This document shows positions 50,861 through 62,013 of a DNA stretch of 64,000 bases, piece after piece; position 1 is the stretch's first letter, and each line of letters opens with the position of its first letter. Under the pieces are notes generated by a model, which was given only the letters and a program-made list of their open reading frames with translations, did no database searches and was not told the DNA's origin. This stretch comes from Azolla caroliniana. Taxonomy: Eukaryota > Plantae > Polypodiophyta. The stretch covers positions 11,718,001 to 11,782,000 of the forward strand of contig JBHGNT010000010.1 in assembly GCA_043228905.1 (NCBI GenBank), written 5' to 3'. The position numbers were made by a program, and so were the translations under genes.

Positions 50861-51743
50861 TGTCCGCCGGAATAGTATCTGACAGACAGAAGCGCAGAAG
50901 TATTATAATATAGTAAGAAACACATGTATTGGTTCACACGGGAAGCGTGAACGGCTAAAGGTCCTATGTATATAAAAGGCAGAAATCCTCTGTAAGAGGT
51001 AGCGTGTAATTTTGGTGCATAGAGCGTTTCTCTAATAGAATACTATCTTCTCTGATTTCTGTGCATATCAGTGGTTTTATCTACTGTGTTTCTTGTTCTC
51101 TCTTGTGTACTGTTAATCGTAAGGGTGTATGCGTAAGTGCGGATACTAGTGCACTTCCTAAGGAGTTCGGTTGTCGCCGTCTCGCTTATACGCTACTAGG
51201 ATACGAGGGAGTATCCCATTACGTATTACGGTATGACGGTACCATTCCTTACAACACAATCACCTTGAGGCCTACGTCGAAGGACTGACCATAGGCAGTG
51301 TTCCTAATCGGTAACATGTTTGGCACGCCCGGTGGGACAGTGCATTGCATGGTGAACCCATTCACCATGGCAACTGTTCTCGACCGGAACTCCATTGGTC
51401 GTCTCAACGGTTAGAAATCCCTCGACCGGATCACTACTCTACGATTGATAACTTCGATCGAAGCTTTGCTTGACTTGAACCTTCTCGTTCGGTCAACACA
51501 AGTCGCGATTGGATCATACACCAATCGGCTAGTTCAATGTGGCATGGGTCGTGAAATCGTGTTGTGCATTTGTGTAATCTCTAGTTCATTCATGTGAGTT
51601 GGGTTTTATGTTTTATACACCTTGGTCTTTCGAATTTTTACCCTCAAGTTTTTCTTTTTTCTTTTTTGAAATTTTATTTTTGGCCCTTGAGTTTTCAAAA
51701 TTCTGCATTCTGCCCTCCACTTTTTGAAATCTCACGTCATGCT
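50861..51743 (+). mobile_element. 5' LTR (50861-51316), tRNA-Arg PBS (51321-51338) and leader of another LTR element
   Basis: TGT...GGTAACA with TATATAAAAG, then TGGCACGCCCGGTGGGAC. Confidence 0.8.
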
Positions 51744-53349
51744 TGTTAAGATTTTGGTCCCTCCGGATGGGATGATGAAGGCCCGGTGAGAACCGGATGA
51801 TGAGTACCCGGCAAGGAAGACCCGGTGAGAACCACTCACCGGATGAAGGGACATAGATGTCAATATGTTTTTGTTAGCCCATTGTGGCTATATTTGTAAA
51901 TAGCCCGAAGTCATATTAGTATAAAAATGACCTAGGGAAAACACGATTATTGTGGTTGTCATTATTTTTTGTAGAGTGTTATTGGTGTAAGTGTTGTACA
52001 GAGCTTAGTAGAGAGAGATATAGAGACAGAGACAAAGTGAGTATCTGCTGTAACCTCCGTCAGGCGAAGATTGTGAGCACGAGGTCATTGCCTCTATGTT
52101 CCCCTGTTGTATTCCTCTCGACATAGTGATAGTTTGGAGTCTGTGGGCTCCCGTGGTTTTTCCCTCTCAGGGTTTTCCACGTTAATATCTTGTGTACTCT
52201 CTTGTTTACACTGTTTTGTGTATACGTACATCTATCTCCACATTCCCAATTCTGTGTTTGTAATTCTCAAAGAAGTGATGGAAGACTCGGTTGTGGTTGA
52301 GCATTATTCCGCATATTCTTTTCAATCTGGTATCAGAGCGAAACGACACAGAAAATGGAAGATTCATTTGGCGGGCATGTTCAAGCTCACCGGCTCCAAC
52401 TACTTAGTCTGGAAGTCGAAGATGAGGGACATGCTAGTGGTTAAAGATCTTTGGTTGTCAGTTCAGTTCGGGGACATGAGACCGGAGAAGATCGATGCCA
52501 CAGTGTGGGAGGTAATGCACATGAAGACAACGGTATAAATCCAGTGTTTCATCGACATGAGCTCGTTTGCCAATTTCAATGAAGAGAGCAAGGCTCATGA
52601 GCTATGGGAGAAGATCAGCATTATGTTTCAGAACAAAAATGTTGTTAATCGGGTATCGGTATTCCGGAAGCTAGTAAGACTCCGGTACCAAGATGGCTCC
52701 AGCATGGTGGAGCACATGAATGCCTTCTAGGGACTGATTCACCAGGCAACATCGTTGGAAGTACCTCTCGCCGATGAGGTATTAGCATTGCTCCTGCTTG
52801 GTTCCCTCCCAGATAGTTGGGAGACGTTAGTTATCACTTTGGGCGACGTCGGGCCGGAAGGAAAACAGTTATCCCTAGCAAGAGTCAAGTCGAGCTTGCT
52901 AAATGAGGAGGCTTGTCGAAAAGACAAGGACACAAGCTCCAACTCGAAAGTGCTCCTTAACGAATCAGAATGCGGAAGACAATGGAACCGGAGTCCCCAG
53001 AACCGGGAAAAGTCGGGGACACGGTCAAAGTCAAGGGGAAGGCCCACTTGCTTCTACTGTGGGAAGCCGGGGGCACTTCAAGAAGAACTGTCGGCATTTC
53101 CGGAAAGACAAGGAAACCGACGGTACCGATTCGAAGCGGTCACCGGACCGGGACGGTAAAGACCGGAGGGGATCAGACTGGAAGGGAATGACGGTGTCGT
53201 AGTGTAGGTTGCACACTATGTGGAAATTATATTTTTGTCCCTCCGGATAGAGAATGGAGTGCTCGGTGAGAACCGGAAGAAAACGGCATACCGGCAAGGA
53301 AGAGCCGGATAAAGAGACATAAATGTAAAAGAAAAAAAAGAAATACTCA

Positions 53350-53420
53350 ATGCGCAGGGCGTGATTCGAACTCTACACCTCCACGTTGACAAACCCCAAC
53401 CTTACCATTACATTAACTTA
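53350..53420 (-). other. tRNA-like A/B-box module in the LTR (second copy at about 59795-59865)
   Basis: Minus strand TAATGTAATGGTAAG ... GGAGGTGTAGAGTTCGAATC, followed by an oligo-T run; homologous to 5616-5686. Confidence 0.62.
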
Positions 53421-53951
53421 TCTTAAGTGTTTTAAATATAGATTTAATATGTATAAGACCTTTATTTATGCATACCTTTATTAAAAGGTAAATCGTGTAT
53501 TTTTTTAATATATGAAAAAGACGAGACACCAAAAATAACTCATGCACATCTAGCGTGCATGAGCCCTATACTTAGGAAATAAAAAAGCATCACATGCACA
53601 TTTAGTGGACATGAACACTTTTTGTAAAAAAAGCATGAAGCCATGCTTAGCTCTTCCTTCCTTATATAAGGAGGAGAGAAATATGTAAAGGGTTGTTGAT
53701 TATTTGGGATTAAGGATTAATCAATACATAAATTATTCGTGGGATTCACGATTTATACATCTACTTCTCTCTTAACACCCTAAGTACCAATTAATATAGT
53801 ATACTCGTGTGATTCACGAGTTTCTTATCTTTCTCTTTGCTATTTACTCATAATTAATCTCTATCTCACGAACTTCTTTCTCCTAGTCCAAGACCTCTGT
53901 GGTTCCCACCCGACTCACGCAACGATCCGGAGCCGAAAGGCACGACACAGT

Positions 53952-53969
53952 TGGTGAACCCGACGTGAA
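53952..53969 (+). promoter_or_regulatory. Primer binding site, tRNA-Trp
   Basis: TGGTGAACCCGACGTGAA, complementary to the plant tRNA-Trp 3' end (..TTCACGTCGGGTTCACCA) as I recall it. Confidence 0.85.
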
Positions 53970-53985
53970 GACGGGTGGCAAGGAG

Positions 53986-56025
53986 ATGGAGGCTCAACAA
54001 GCTAACAATATGATGGCGATGTTCGAACGGATGCTTCAAGAACAACGCACGATGTCGGAGATTTCGGCATCAGTAGAGCGGCTCGTGCAACGCAACGGGC
54101 AATTTAATGGTAAGGATGTGTCGCGATATTTGCAGGACTACAAGGCGGAGATGCTCCGGTGCCGGGCTTCGGAAGGACTGCAAGTGACATCCTTTAACCG
54201 GGTGGCGACCGACGGGCTTCAAGGGAGTATCCACGGGTTGCAACAACAAAATCCGACGTGGGAAGCATTCGTAGAGGCGTTAAAGACCACGTTTGCCATC
54301 GAGGACTCCTCCAAGGCAACGCGGAGGGGATTCGAGGATTGGGTGGAAACGTCAGGTAAGGGGCTGAAGGTCCTCGAAGTGTTTTCGACATTCGAAAGTC
54401 GGTTCGGGAGGTTGTCCGCGAGAGATCAAACTATTCTTGCACCGGACAAAGTCATCATGTTTTTGCGAGCTGTGGACGTCCGGGACCGGAAAGATCTCGG
54501 AGTGCTTCTTGAGGACACGACCACCGAAAGCGGCCTCACCGAAACATGGGAAAGCGTGCGGGATATCGTCGCGCGGTACACGAAGAGGGGGCAATGGCTT
54601 GCCAACGAAGAAAAGAGGGTTTCGGAACCGATTCCGAAACCGAGAACGGGACTGGAAGACCATCAACCGAGGGCTCGGGAGATTACGGCCGAGAAGGGAG
54701 TCGACGCGTCTACGGTGGAGCAGCTGCTGAAGGAGATGGAGAATCTAAAGATCGCGATGGTGAAGAAGTCGGATGACCACCCCACAAGCTCCAAATATAC
54801 GGATCGACGGTGCATATGGTGCGATAGCGCCGAACACGATCGGAGGGATTGCGACGACCATAAGGAGGCGCTACGACGGGATCTCATCTACTACGAGGGA
54901 AACCGGATTCATTCGATGGACTCTCGGAAGCCACTCCGACCGAACTTCCGGAAAGGCGGCATGAAGAAGGTGCTCGAGGAGGAGTTAGCGGCAAGAAGCA
55001 ACTATGCGACAACCGCGGGAATATGTGTCGGGGAGTCATCGGGAGCGAAGGCGTCTTTCTGGCCGGAGGTGCTAGGAAACACCGAGAAAACCGACTCCAA
55101 CGATATCCGAAACACCGCGGAAGGCGTCCGGGAAGCTACGGGATGGGAGTGCCCTGTCGACAAGAATAGCATATACGCCCTGTGTCAATTACATGAGGTG
55201 TATGTGGACGAGAAACGACGGCGCACGGAGGATGCGGCCGGACCATCGAAGATACCGGAAAGCTGGAACTCCGGAGGTAAGGGAAAAGAAAAGGCGACTC
55301 CGGCATTCAAGCTCGCCTCGGACATAGAACAACAAACCGACTTGAAAAGAGTGTTCGAGGAAAGAATCTTGGATAGCCGGGTAGATTTTTCGCTGCGGGA
55401 ACTACTCGGAATAGCGAAGAAGGAGTTTCACGATCTTCTCGTGGATCTCGTGAAAAGGAAGAGACAAAGTACGGAGGAAAATGCTCCAAGGGTGAATGCA
55501 AATACCGTTTCAATGAACGACACCGAAGTGGAAGGCGAAATTCCGAACTCCCACTATACAAGGCCACACTGGGCACGTGCGACTACGGAGACTCCGGTCC
55601 GAATCGGCAACATCAAAGAACCCGTGCTAGCATTGATTGATCACGGATCGGAGATCAACTTGATGTCCAAGGAGTTCTACCGAAAGGGGAAGTGGCCTAT
55701 AAACACCAACCATGGATGGAAGATTCGGGCAGCCACGAAAACGACAGAAGACCTATTTGCTACTTGTCCGGATGTGACGGTAAAGATCGGGGATGTCGAA
55801 ATTGACCAAAATTTCTTTGTGCAGGATGAGGTTTCACATTCTGTCATCCTCGGCCAACCCTTTATCACGGCTTCACGGATGGAGACGAAGGTGCTCGATA
55901 GTGGTGCGGCTTTTGCGCGAATTCGGAGCCAAAACGGAGGGAAATCCGTCCAATTCCTAACAGTGCCGGCAAATCACGAAAGGAACAAGAGGGAACTCTT
56001 GTCCCAAGTGAGAATGGATTTTTAA
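53986..56025 (+). CDS. gag: ORF1 Gag-protease
   Basis: First ATG after the PBS; FNGKDVSRYL, zinc knuckle CIWCDSAEHDRRDC, protease LIDHGSEINLM/ILGQPF. Confidence 0.93.
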   Translation: MEAQQANNMMAMFERMLQEQRTMSEISASVERLVQRNGQFNGKDVSRYLQDYKAEMLRCRASEGLQVTSFNRVATDGLQGSIHGLQQQNPTWEAFVEALKTTFAIEDSSKATRRGFEDWVETSGKGLKVLEVFSTFESRFGRLSARDQTILAPDKVIMFLRAVDVRDRKDLGVLLEDTTTESGLTETWESVRDIVARYTKRGQWLANEEKRVSEPIPKPRTGLEDHQPRAREITAEKGVDASTVEQLLKEMENLKIAMVKKSDDHPTSSKYTDRRCIWCDSAEHDRRDCDDHKEALRRDLIYYEGNRIHSMDSRKPLRPNFRKGGMKKVLEEELAARSNYATTAGICVGESSGAKASFWPEVLGNTEKTDSNDIRNTAEGVREATGWECPVDKNSIYALCQLHEVYVDEKRRRTEDAAGPSKIPESWNSGGKGKEKATPAFKLASDIEQQTDLKRVFEERILDSRVDFSLRELLGIAKKEFHDLLVDLVKRKRQSTEENAPRVNANTVSMNDTEVEGEIPNSHYTRPHWARATTETPVRIGNIKEPVLALIDHGSEINLMSKEFYRKGKWPINTNHGWKIRAATKTTEDLFATCPDVTVKIGDVEIDQNFFVQDEVSHSVILGQPFITASRMETKVLDSGAAFARIRSQNGGKSVQFLTVPANHERNKRELLSQVRMDF

Positions 56026-56079
56026 AGCGGACTGTTGCGGAGTGGGGAAGTGATAGTCCGAGAAGCCCTGATACCCCAC
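56016..56079 (+). promoter_or_regulatory. Predicted -1 frameshift signal (GGATTTT plus pseudoknot)
   Basis: Slippery site 56016-56022; stem 56028-56038/56050-56060; GTGGGG 56042-56047 can pair with CCCCAC 56074-56079. Confidence 0.82.
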
Positions 56080-59000
56080 ACAGGAAGAAAACTCTCGGAG
56101 CAAAACAAGTACGAATCGGCCCGGATGGGGCATCTACGTACACGGCCGTAACCAGAGGAATGAAGAAACAATACCGACAAGTGGAGGATAAGTTATGGTC
56201 GGCATCAATAATAAAAGAAGACGAAGAAATCGTGGGAGTGATCGAGGAAGTGTTCTATGGGAATACACTACAACGGCTTGAAGAGCTTGCGGAAGATAAA
56301 AGCCAAGGGAACCGGGTAGTCCCGGTGGAATCGTTCGAGATGTACGAGATCGTTGCGAAAATGGGGCCGGATGCGCTCCGCAAAGAAGAAGCAATGGTAA
56401 GTACGAAATACAAGACCGTGGAGAAGAAGGTGAAACCGGCCGCGGGACCACTACCTGCCGATAGCGAACAAAAGAAGAAAGAAGTCTCAGGAGATCCGAC
56501 ACTTCGGAAGTCCGTGGATATCGGACATGCCTTCACAGATGAGACCCGGAAGAAACTTCGGATCGGTGGAGGTGGGTTCCTCTTACAAGAAGAAGAAAAA
56601 CAGTTTCGAGAGATGTTGGAGCAACATGGCAAAGCATTCGCGTTCACATCGAGGGAGATCGGATGCATTGATCCAAAGATAGTGGAGCCGATGGTGATTT
56701 TCACGATTGATCATGTACCGTGGAACCTGAAGCCGATTCCGGTGCCACGGGCGCATATTCCGAAAGTCATCGACTTGCTCAAGGAGAAGGTGGCGATGGG
56801 GATTCTAGAGCCATCAAGTGCTCCATACTCAAATCGATGGTTTACGGTTCCGAAGAAGAATGGGTCACTCCGATTCATCCAAGACTTGCAACTGGTGAAC
56901 AAGGTCACGATCCGGAACTCAGGAGTCGGTCCGATAGTGGACGAATTCGCGGAAGCTTTTGCCGGACGTGCGATATACTCCATCGGGGACCTATACTCGG
57001 GGTATGACCAATTCCAACTAGCCGTGGAGAGCCGAGACATCACTACCATGCGGACACCGATAGGACTAGTTCGAATGTGCACACTACCACAAGGAGCGAC
57101 AAACTCGGTTGCACATATGATGAACGCGATGAACAAGGTGCTTCGAGATTGCATCCCGGAGATAACGATGCCGTTTCTAGATGACATTCCGATGAAAGGA
57201 TGCGCGGTGGAAGAAAAAGATGAGACTATGGATGATCGGGGATGCCGAAAGTTCGTGGTCGACCATATTCATGATTGCGAGAAAGTGTTGCGAAAGCTAG
57301 AAGATGTGCACCTAACACTTTCCGGGGAGAAATCGGCATTCGGGCAAGAAGAAATATTGGTGGTCGGACATCTATGTGGACCCTACGGCCGAAGACCGTC
57401 ACCAACAAAGATCGATGCGATTCAAGCTATGAAGGAAGTATGTGAGTCAACATCGGAAGTCCGAAGGTTTCTGGGTGCGTGTGCATTCTATCACATATGG
57501 ATTCCGCACTATGCACATATAGCGGACCCGCTCTATCACTTGTTGCGGAAAGGTAAGAAATTCGAGTGGAAACCGGAACACACTAAAGCCATGAGGAAGC
57601 TCAAGAAGACACTATGGAGGGCGGAATCACTTAAGAAGCCAAGCTACGAGCGGCCAATCATAGTAACGGTTGATACAAGTCCAACCGGTATCGGGTGGGT
57701 CATCAATCAAGCCGACTCGGATGGTTCGCGGTATCCGATCCGATTTGGAGCAAAGGTCCTCAACGAAAGGCAACGCGGATATGCACAAGTCAAAAGAGAA
57801 TTGTGGGGAGTCGTGTCGGCGATAAAATCGGATCGGGATTATTTGATCGGAGCTGAAGTGGTGATCGAGACGGATTGTCTTCCGATACTCGGGATGATGC
57901 GGTGTTGTACGATACCGGATGTGGCTATGCTAAGGTGGATTGCATATGTCAAGTCACTTAATCCGGAGGTTCGACACATCTCGGGGAAGGACAACGCGGT
58001 AGCGGACATGTTATCGAGGGCGCGGTTTGAAGACGACATAACCGAATCAGATAATGAAGAAGTTTCCGAAGACTACTTCACGTCAGAACACATATGCCGA
58101 GTGAACGTGATCCGAGAATTCCGGGAAGAAGAATACGAGGGGGAAACCTTGATGATCGGGAAGATGCTACAAGAGGTCGAGGATTCAACCAATGATAAAG
58201 AAAGGAGAGCCGAGATCCGAAGGAAGAAGAGGCAAGTCCAAAAGTTCTTCTTGGAAAACGGTTTAATATGGAGGACGCCGAAAAGACCGGATGGGATACC
58301 ACTTCGAGTAGTCGGGACGAAAGAGCAACGAAACCGGATAATGTCCGAGTTCCACGAATCCAATTGGGCTGGACATCGAGGAACATGGGCAACTTTTGTG
58401 AAAATCAAGCAAAGATATTGGTGGAAGAACATGTATAAAGATGTCGCGGAGTTCACAGAAAGCTGCGAGAAATGTCAAGTCTACTCCGGGGTCCGACACC
58501 GAGATGAGCTGCATCCGACATTCTCACCGACAATCAACTTCAAGTGGATGGTCGACATTGTAGCTATGCCGACCGGGATTGGACAAAAGAAATACTTGGT
58601 GTTAGCTCAAGAAGATCTCACAAACCAAGTTGAAGGTCGAGCGCTTCGGAGGAAAACGTGTGCCGCGGTGTGCCAATTTCTTTTGGAAGAAGTGTTTTGT
58701 AGGTACGGCTGCGTAGGACAAGTGATTGCGGACCGGGGAGAACTCGACTCGGACAAAGCTAGGGGATTCTTCGCCAAACATGGAGTTCGGTTAACGTTGA
58801 CAACGGCCTACAATCCGGAGGCCAACGGGAAGATCGAACGAGGACATAGTCCGATCGTGAAAGCACTTGCGAAGGCATGCGACGGAAGGGTGAAGGATTG
58901 GCCACAAATGCTTCCGTATGCACTATGGGCGGATCGGACGACGCATAGCTCCGTGACCGGTTACATGCCGGCAGAACTCATGACCGGACAAGCACCGGTA

Positions 59001-59627
59001 ATGCCAACGGAAACCGCAATCGCGACATGGACAATACTACCGTGGAAGGAAGAGATGAGCCGGGAAGAACTACTAGCGGTCCGGATACGACAACTGGAGG
59101 GAAGACCGAAAGATGTAGCGGAGGCGTCACGTCGACAACAAGAAGCACGGTTCCGGAACAAAAGCCGGTTCGACACAAAGCACCGACTACGACCGAGGAG
59201 GATTGAAGAAGGAGATTGGGTGATCGTTTATGATAGTAGCTTGGACCATCAACATACAACGATGCGGAAATTCGCGAAAAGGTGGTTCGGGCCGTACGAG
59301 GTTCGGAAGGTCTTCGACAACGGGACGTACCGACTGTCCGAGTTGGATGGAACAATACTACGAGTGCCTATAGCCGGGAAGCGGGTGAAGATTTTCAAGA
59401 AGCGGACCGACGACAAACCTTATGTGATCCAAGTCGAGGCCGACAACGAGGAGCAATCGGACGAAGACCACAATGATGCGGGAAGCGAAGAAAGTGGATT
59501 ACAACTCATAGTCGACATAAGGGGAGAATCGGAGGAAGCTTCGGATGAAGACGGATACGAAGAATCAAGAACTTCGGCACATACCGGAGGATGTGCGGGT
59601 TTGGAGGGGGCGAGTGTCGTAGTGTAG
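56022..59627 (+). CDS. pol: ORF2 Pol (RT-RNase H-integrase), -1 frame
   Basis: Open from the slippery site to TAG 59625-59627 inside the 3' LTR; RT, RH and IN motifs are present; no chromodomain seen. Confidence 0.95.
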   Translation, partial: LKRTVAEWGSDSPRSPDTPHRKKTLGAKQVRIGPDGASTYTAVTRGMKKQYRQVEDKLWSASIIKEDEEIVGVIEEVFYGNTLQRLEELAEDKSQGNRVVPVESFEMYEIVAKMGPDALRKEEAMVSTKYKTVEKKVKPAAGPLPADSEQKKKEVSGDPTLRKSVDIGHAFTDETRKKLRIGGGGFLLQEEEKQFREMLEQHGKAFAFTSREIGCIDPKIVEPMVIFTIDHVPWNLKPIPVPRAHIPKVIDLLKEKVAMGILEPSSAPYSNRWFTVPKKNGSLRFIQDLQLVNKVTIRNSGVGPIVDEFAEAFAGRAIYSIGDLYSGYDQFQLAVESRDITTMRTPIGLVRMCTLPQGATNSVAHMMNAMNKVLRDCIPEITMPFLDDIPMKGCAVEEKDETMDDRGCRKFVVDHIHDCEKVLRKLEDVHLTLSGEKSAFGQEEILVVGHLCGPYGRRPSPTKIDAIQAMKEVCESTSEVRRFLGACAFYHIWIPHYAHIADPLYHLLRKGKKFEWKPEHTKAMRKLKKTLWRAESLKKPSYERPIIVTVDTSPTGIGWVINQADSDGSRYPIRFGAKVLNERQRGYAQVKRELWGVVSAIKSDRDYLIGAEVVIETDCLPILGMMRCCTIPDVAMLRWIAYVKSLNPEVRHISGKDNAVADMLSRARFEDDITESDNEEVSEDYFTSEHICRVNVIREFREEEYEGETLMIGKMLQEVEDSTNDKERRAEIRRKKRQVQKFFLENGLIWRTPKRPDGIPLRVVGTKEQRNRIMSEFHESNWAGHRGTWATFVKIKQRYWWKNMYKDVAEFTESCEKCQVYSGVRHRDELHPTFSPTINFKWMVDIVAMPTGIGQKKYLVLAQEDLTNQVEGRALRRKTCAAVCQFLLEEVFCRYGCVGQVIADRGELDSDKARGFFAKHGVRLTLTTAYNPEANGKIERGHSPIVKALAKACDGRVKDWPQMLPYALWADRTTHSSVTGYMPAELMTGQAPVMPTETAIATWTILPWKEEMSREELLAVRIRQLEGRPKDVAEASRRQQEARFRNKSRFDTKHRLRPRRIEEGDWVIVYDSSLDHQHTTMRKFAKRWFGPYEVRKVFDNGTYRLSELDGTILRVPIAGKRVKIFKKRTDDKPYVIQVEADNEEQSDEDHNDAGSEESGLQLIVDIRGESEEASDEDGYEESRTSAHTGGCAGLEGASVVV

Positions 59628-61394
59628 GTTGCACACTATGTGGAAATTATATTTTTGTCCCTCCGGATAGAGAATGGAGTGCTCGGTGAGAACCGGAAGA
59701 AAACGGCATACCGGCAAGGAAGAAAACGGCATACCGGCAAGGAAGAGCCGGATAAAGAGACATAAATGTAAAAAAAAAAAGGAAATACTCACTACTGCGC
59801 AGGGCATGATTCGAACTCTGCACCTCCACGTTAACAAACCCCAACCTTACCATTACATTAACTTATCTTAAGTGTTTTAAATATAGATTTAATATGTATA
59901 AGACCTTTATTTATGCATACCTTTATTAAAAGGTAAATCGTGTATTTTTTTAATATATGAAAAAGACGAGACACCAAAAATAACTCATGCACATCTAGCG
60001 TGCATGAGCCCTATACTTAGGAAATAAAAAAGCATCACATGCACATTTAGTGGACATGAACACTTTTTGTAAAAAAAGCATGAAGCCATGCTTAGCTCTT
60101 CCTTCCTTATATAAGGAGGAGAGAAATATGTAAAGGGTTGTTGATTATTTGGGATTAAGGATTAATCAATACATAAATTATTCGTGGGATTCACGATTTA
60201 TACATCTACTTCTCTCTTAACACCCTAAGTACCAATTAATATAGTATACTCGTGTGATTCACGAGTTTCTTATCTTTCTCTTTGCTATTTACTCATAATT
60301 AATCTCTATCTCACGAACTTCTTTCTCCTAGTCCAAGACCTCTGTGGTTCCCACCCGACTCACGCAACGATCCGGAGCCGAAAGGCACGACAACGGCAAT
60401 CGTGGCAAGTGAAGAAGAGTTGATGCTCATCACCGAGGAGAGTGAGTTGAACCTTGCCGGCGACGAGACAACGTGGGTTGTCGATTCCGAAGCGTCATTC
60501 CACCTTACCCCGGACCGGAAATGCTTCTCATCCTAACATGTTCGCATTCACAAGTGGAAGGATTGCGCATTCCACTTGTAGAGTCTTCTTGAAACTATCC
60601 AAATATACCCTCTCTACAAAAATTGGATGCACTATTATCACATGTTCCACAACTTGATTACAATTTGCAAATATAAAAATACATGATAGGTCTACGAGTG
60701 GAGATCATTAGAAATCATGCAAGTTTGGACGTGTTGATAAGTTAATGTAGGCACAATAAAGTTCAACAATGGCTTAATATGTCACTAATGTGCGACATGG
60801 GAAACACTAAGTTAAAGACTTATATTAATTTGGTAAGTTTTACAAAAATATGAGGTGTACTTGTATCCATACTAATAAAATGAGTTCTAATTTATACTTT
60901 GACCCATGCGTGCATGTATATAATGGTGGACAATGTAGGATAGTGCACTTTAGGATAATGTGATTGGAATAACTAACTTATTAAAGTATTCAATACTTGT
61001 ATTTAAAGTTGATCTAATCTATTCCTTAGTTTGGTCGTATGGGATCAAACCATATGTATATAATTGTGGACAATGTAAGACAGTGAACTTTAGGATAATG
61101 TGGTGGAAATAAGAAACCTATTAAGGCTTTCATACTTGTATTAAAAATTGATCTACTCTATTGCTTAGGTGATTCACACAGGGTCAAACTCCGAACGATA
61201 ACACTAGTGGAACTACAAGCGTATAAAAACATGCGGATAACGCTAGTGGAACCATTATCAACACACTACACAATCTAAGCAACAATGGAATAGAAACATA
61301 ATTGTTTTAACAATAGAAGACAAAGATCCATAATAACAACATGGACAGTCATGGCAACAGTTCTATGACCATGTTATGTTAAGGTAAACTTGGA

Positions 61395-61932
61395 CCAATC
61401 GATACGGCGTATCGAGTTCCTTTTTAAAACACAAACATTATACAGGAATTCGATACGATGTATCGAGTTCCTGTATAAAACACACATATTATACAGAAAC
61501 TCGATACGGCGTATCGAGTTCCTGTTTAAAACGCAAGCAAAATAGAGGAACTCGATATGGCGTATCGTGTTCCTGTTTAAAACACAAACATTATACAGGA
61601 ACTTGATACAGCGTATCGAGTTCCTGTTTAAAACGCAAACATAATACAGGAACTCGATACGGCGTATCAAGTTCCTGTATAAAACACACATATTATACAG
61701 GAACTCGATACGCCGTATCGAGTTCCTGTTTAAAACGCAAACAAAATAGAGGAACTCGATATAGCGTATCGAGTTCCTGTTTAAAACAAAAAACTTTAAA
61801 GAAGAACTCGATACGCCGTATTGAGTTCTTGTATAAAACCTAAACATCACACAAGAACTCGTACGTCGTATCAAGTTCATGTATATTGTTTGTGTTTTAT
61901 ACAGGAACTTGATACGCCGTATTGAGTTCTTG
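61395..61932. repeat. Tandem array of about 51-bp units, each a near-perfect palindrome
   Basis: ACAGGAACTCGATACG-G-CGTATCGAGTTCCTGT plus an A-rich linker; period 51 (61497, 61548, 61599, 61650); about 10 copies. Confidence 0.95.
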
Positions 61933-61978
61933 ATGCTAAAACATATTTACAAAAATGTCCACAGTGTCAGAGGCTTAC

Positions 61979-62013
61979 CTGGAGTCCTGGCGCTCGATTT
62001 TCTTTGAAGACAT
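61979..62013 (-). CDS. Putative first coding exon (MSSKKIERQDS) of a gene divergent from the transposase
   Basis: ccATGtc start, CAG|GTAAGC donor at 61978, TATAAATA on the minus strand at about 62131-62138. Confidence 0.4.

Larger units (their letters stand above)
53195..60392 (+). mobile_element. Young, apparently intact Ty3/gypsy element (7198 bp)
   Basis: Near-identical LTRs 53195-53947 and 59615-60392 (TGTCGT...ACGACA), 4-bp TSD ACGG, tRNA-Trp PBS, PPT, two uninterrupted ORFs. Confidence 0.98.
51744..60538 (+). mobile_element. Truncated Ty1/copia (LTR 51744-52324, tRNA-Met PBS, gag), same family as 19059, interrupted by an intact Gypsy
   Basis: Gag is colinear with 19670-20585 and resumes at 60393 (TAIVASEEELMLITEESELNLAGDETTWVVDS). 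Confidence 0.92.

Noticed and set aside
53899-53985. ORF1 start at GTG 53899
   Set aside because: It lies within the LTR/PBS; ATG 53986 is more plausible.
61395-61932. CRISPR array
   Set aside because: The linkers are short (about 17 nt) and similar to each other, there are no cas genes, and the context is eukaryotic TE DNA; it is a tandem palindrome repeat.
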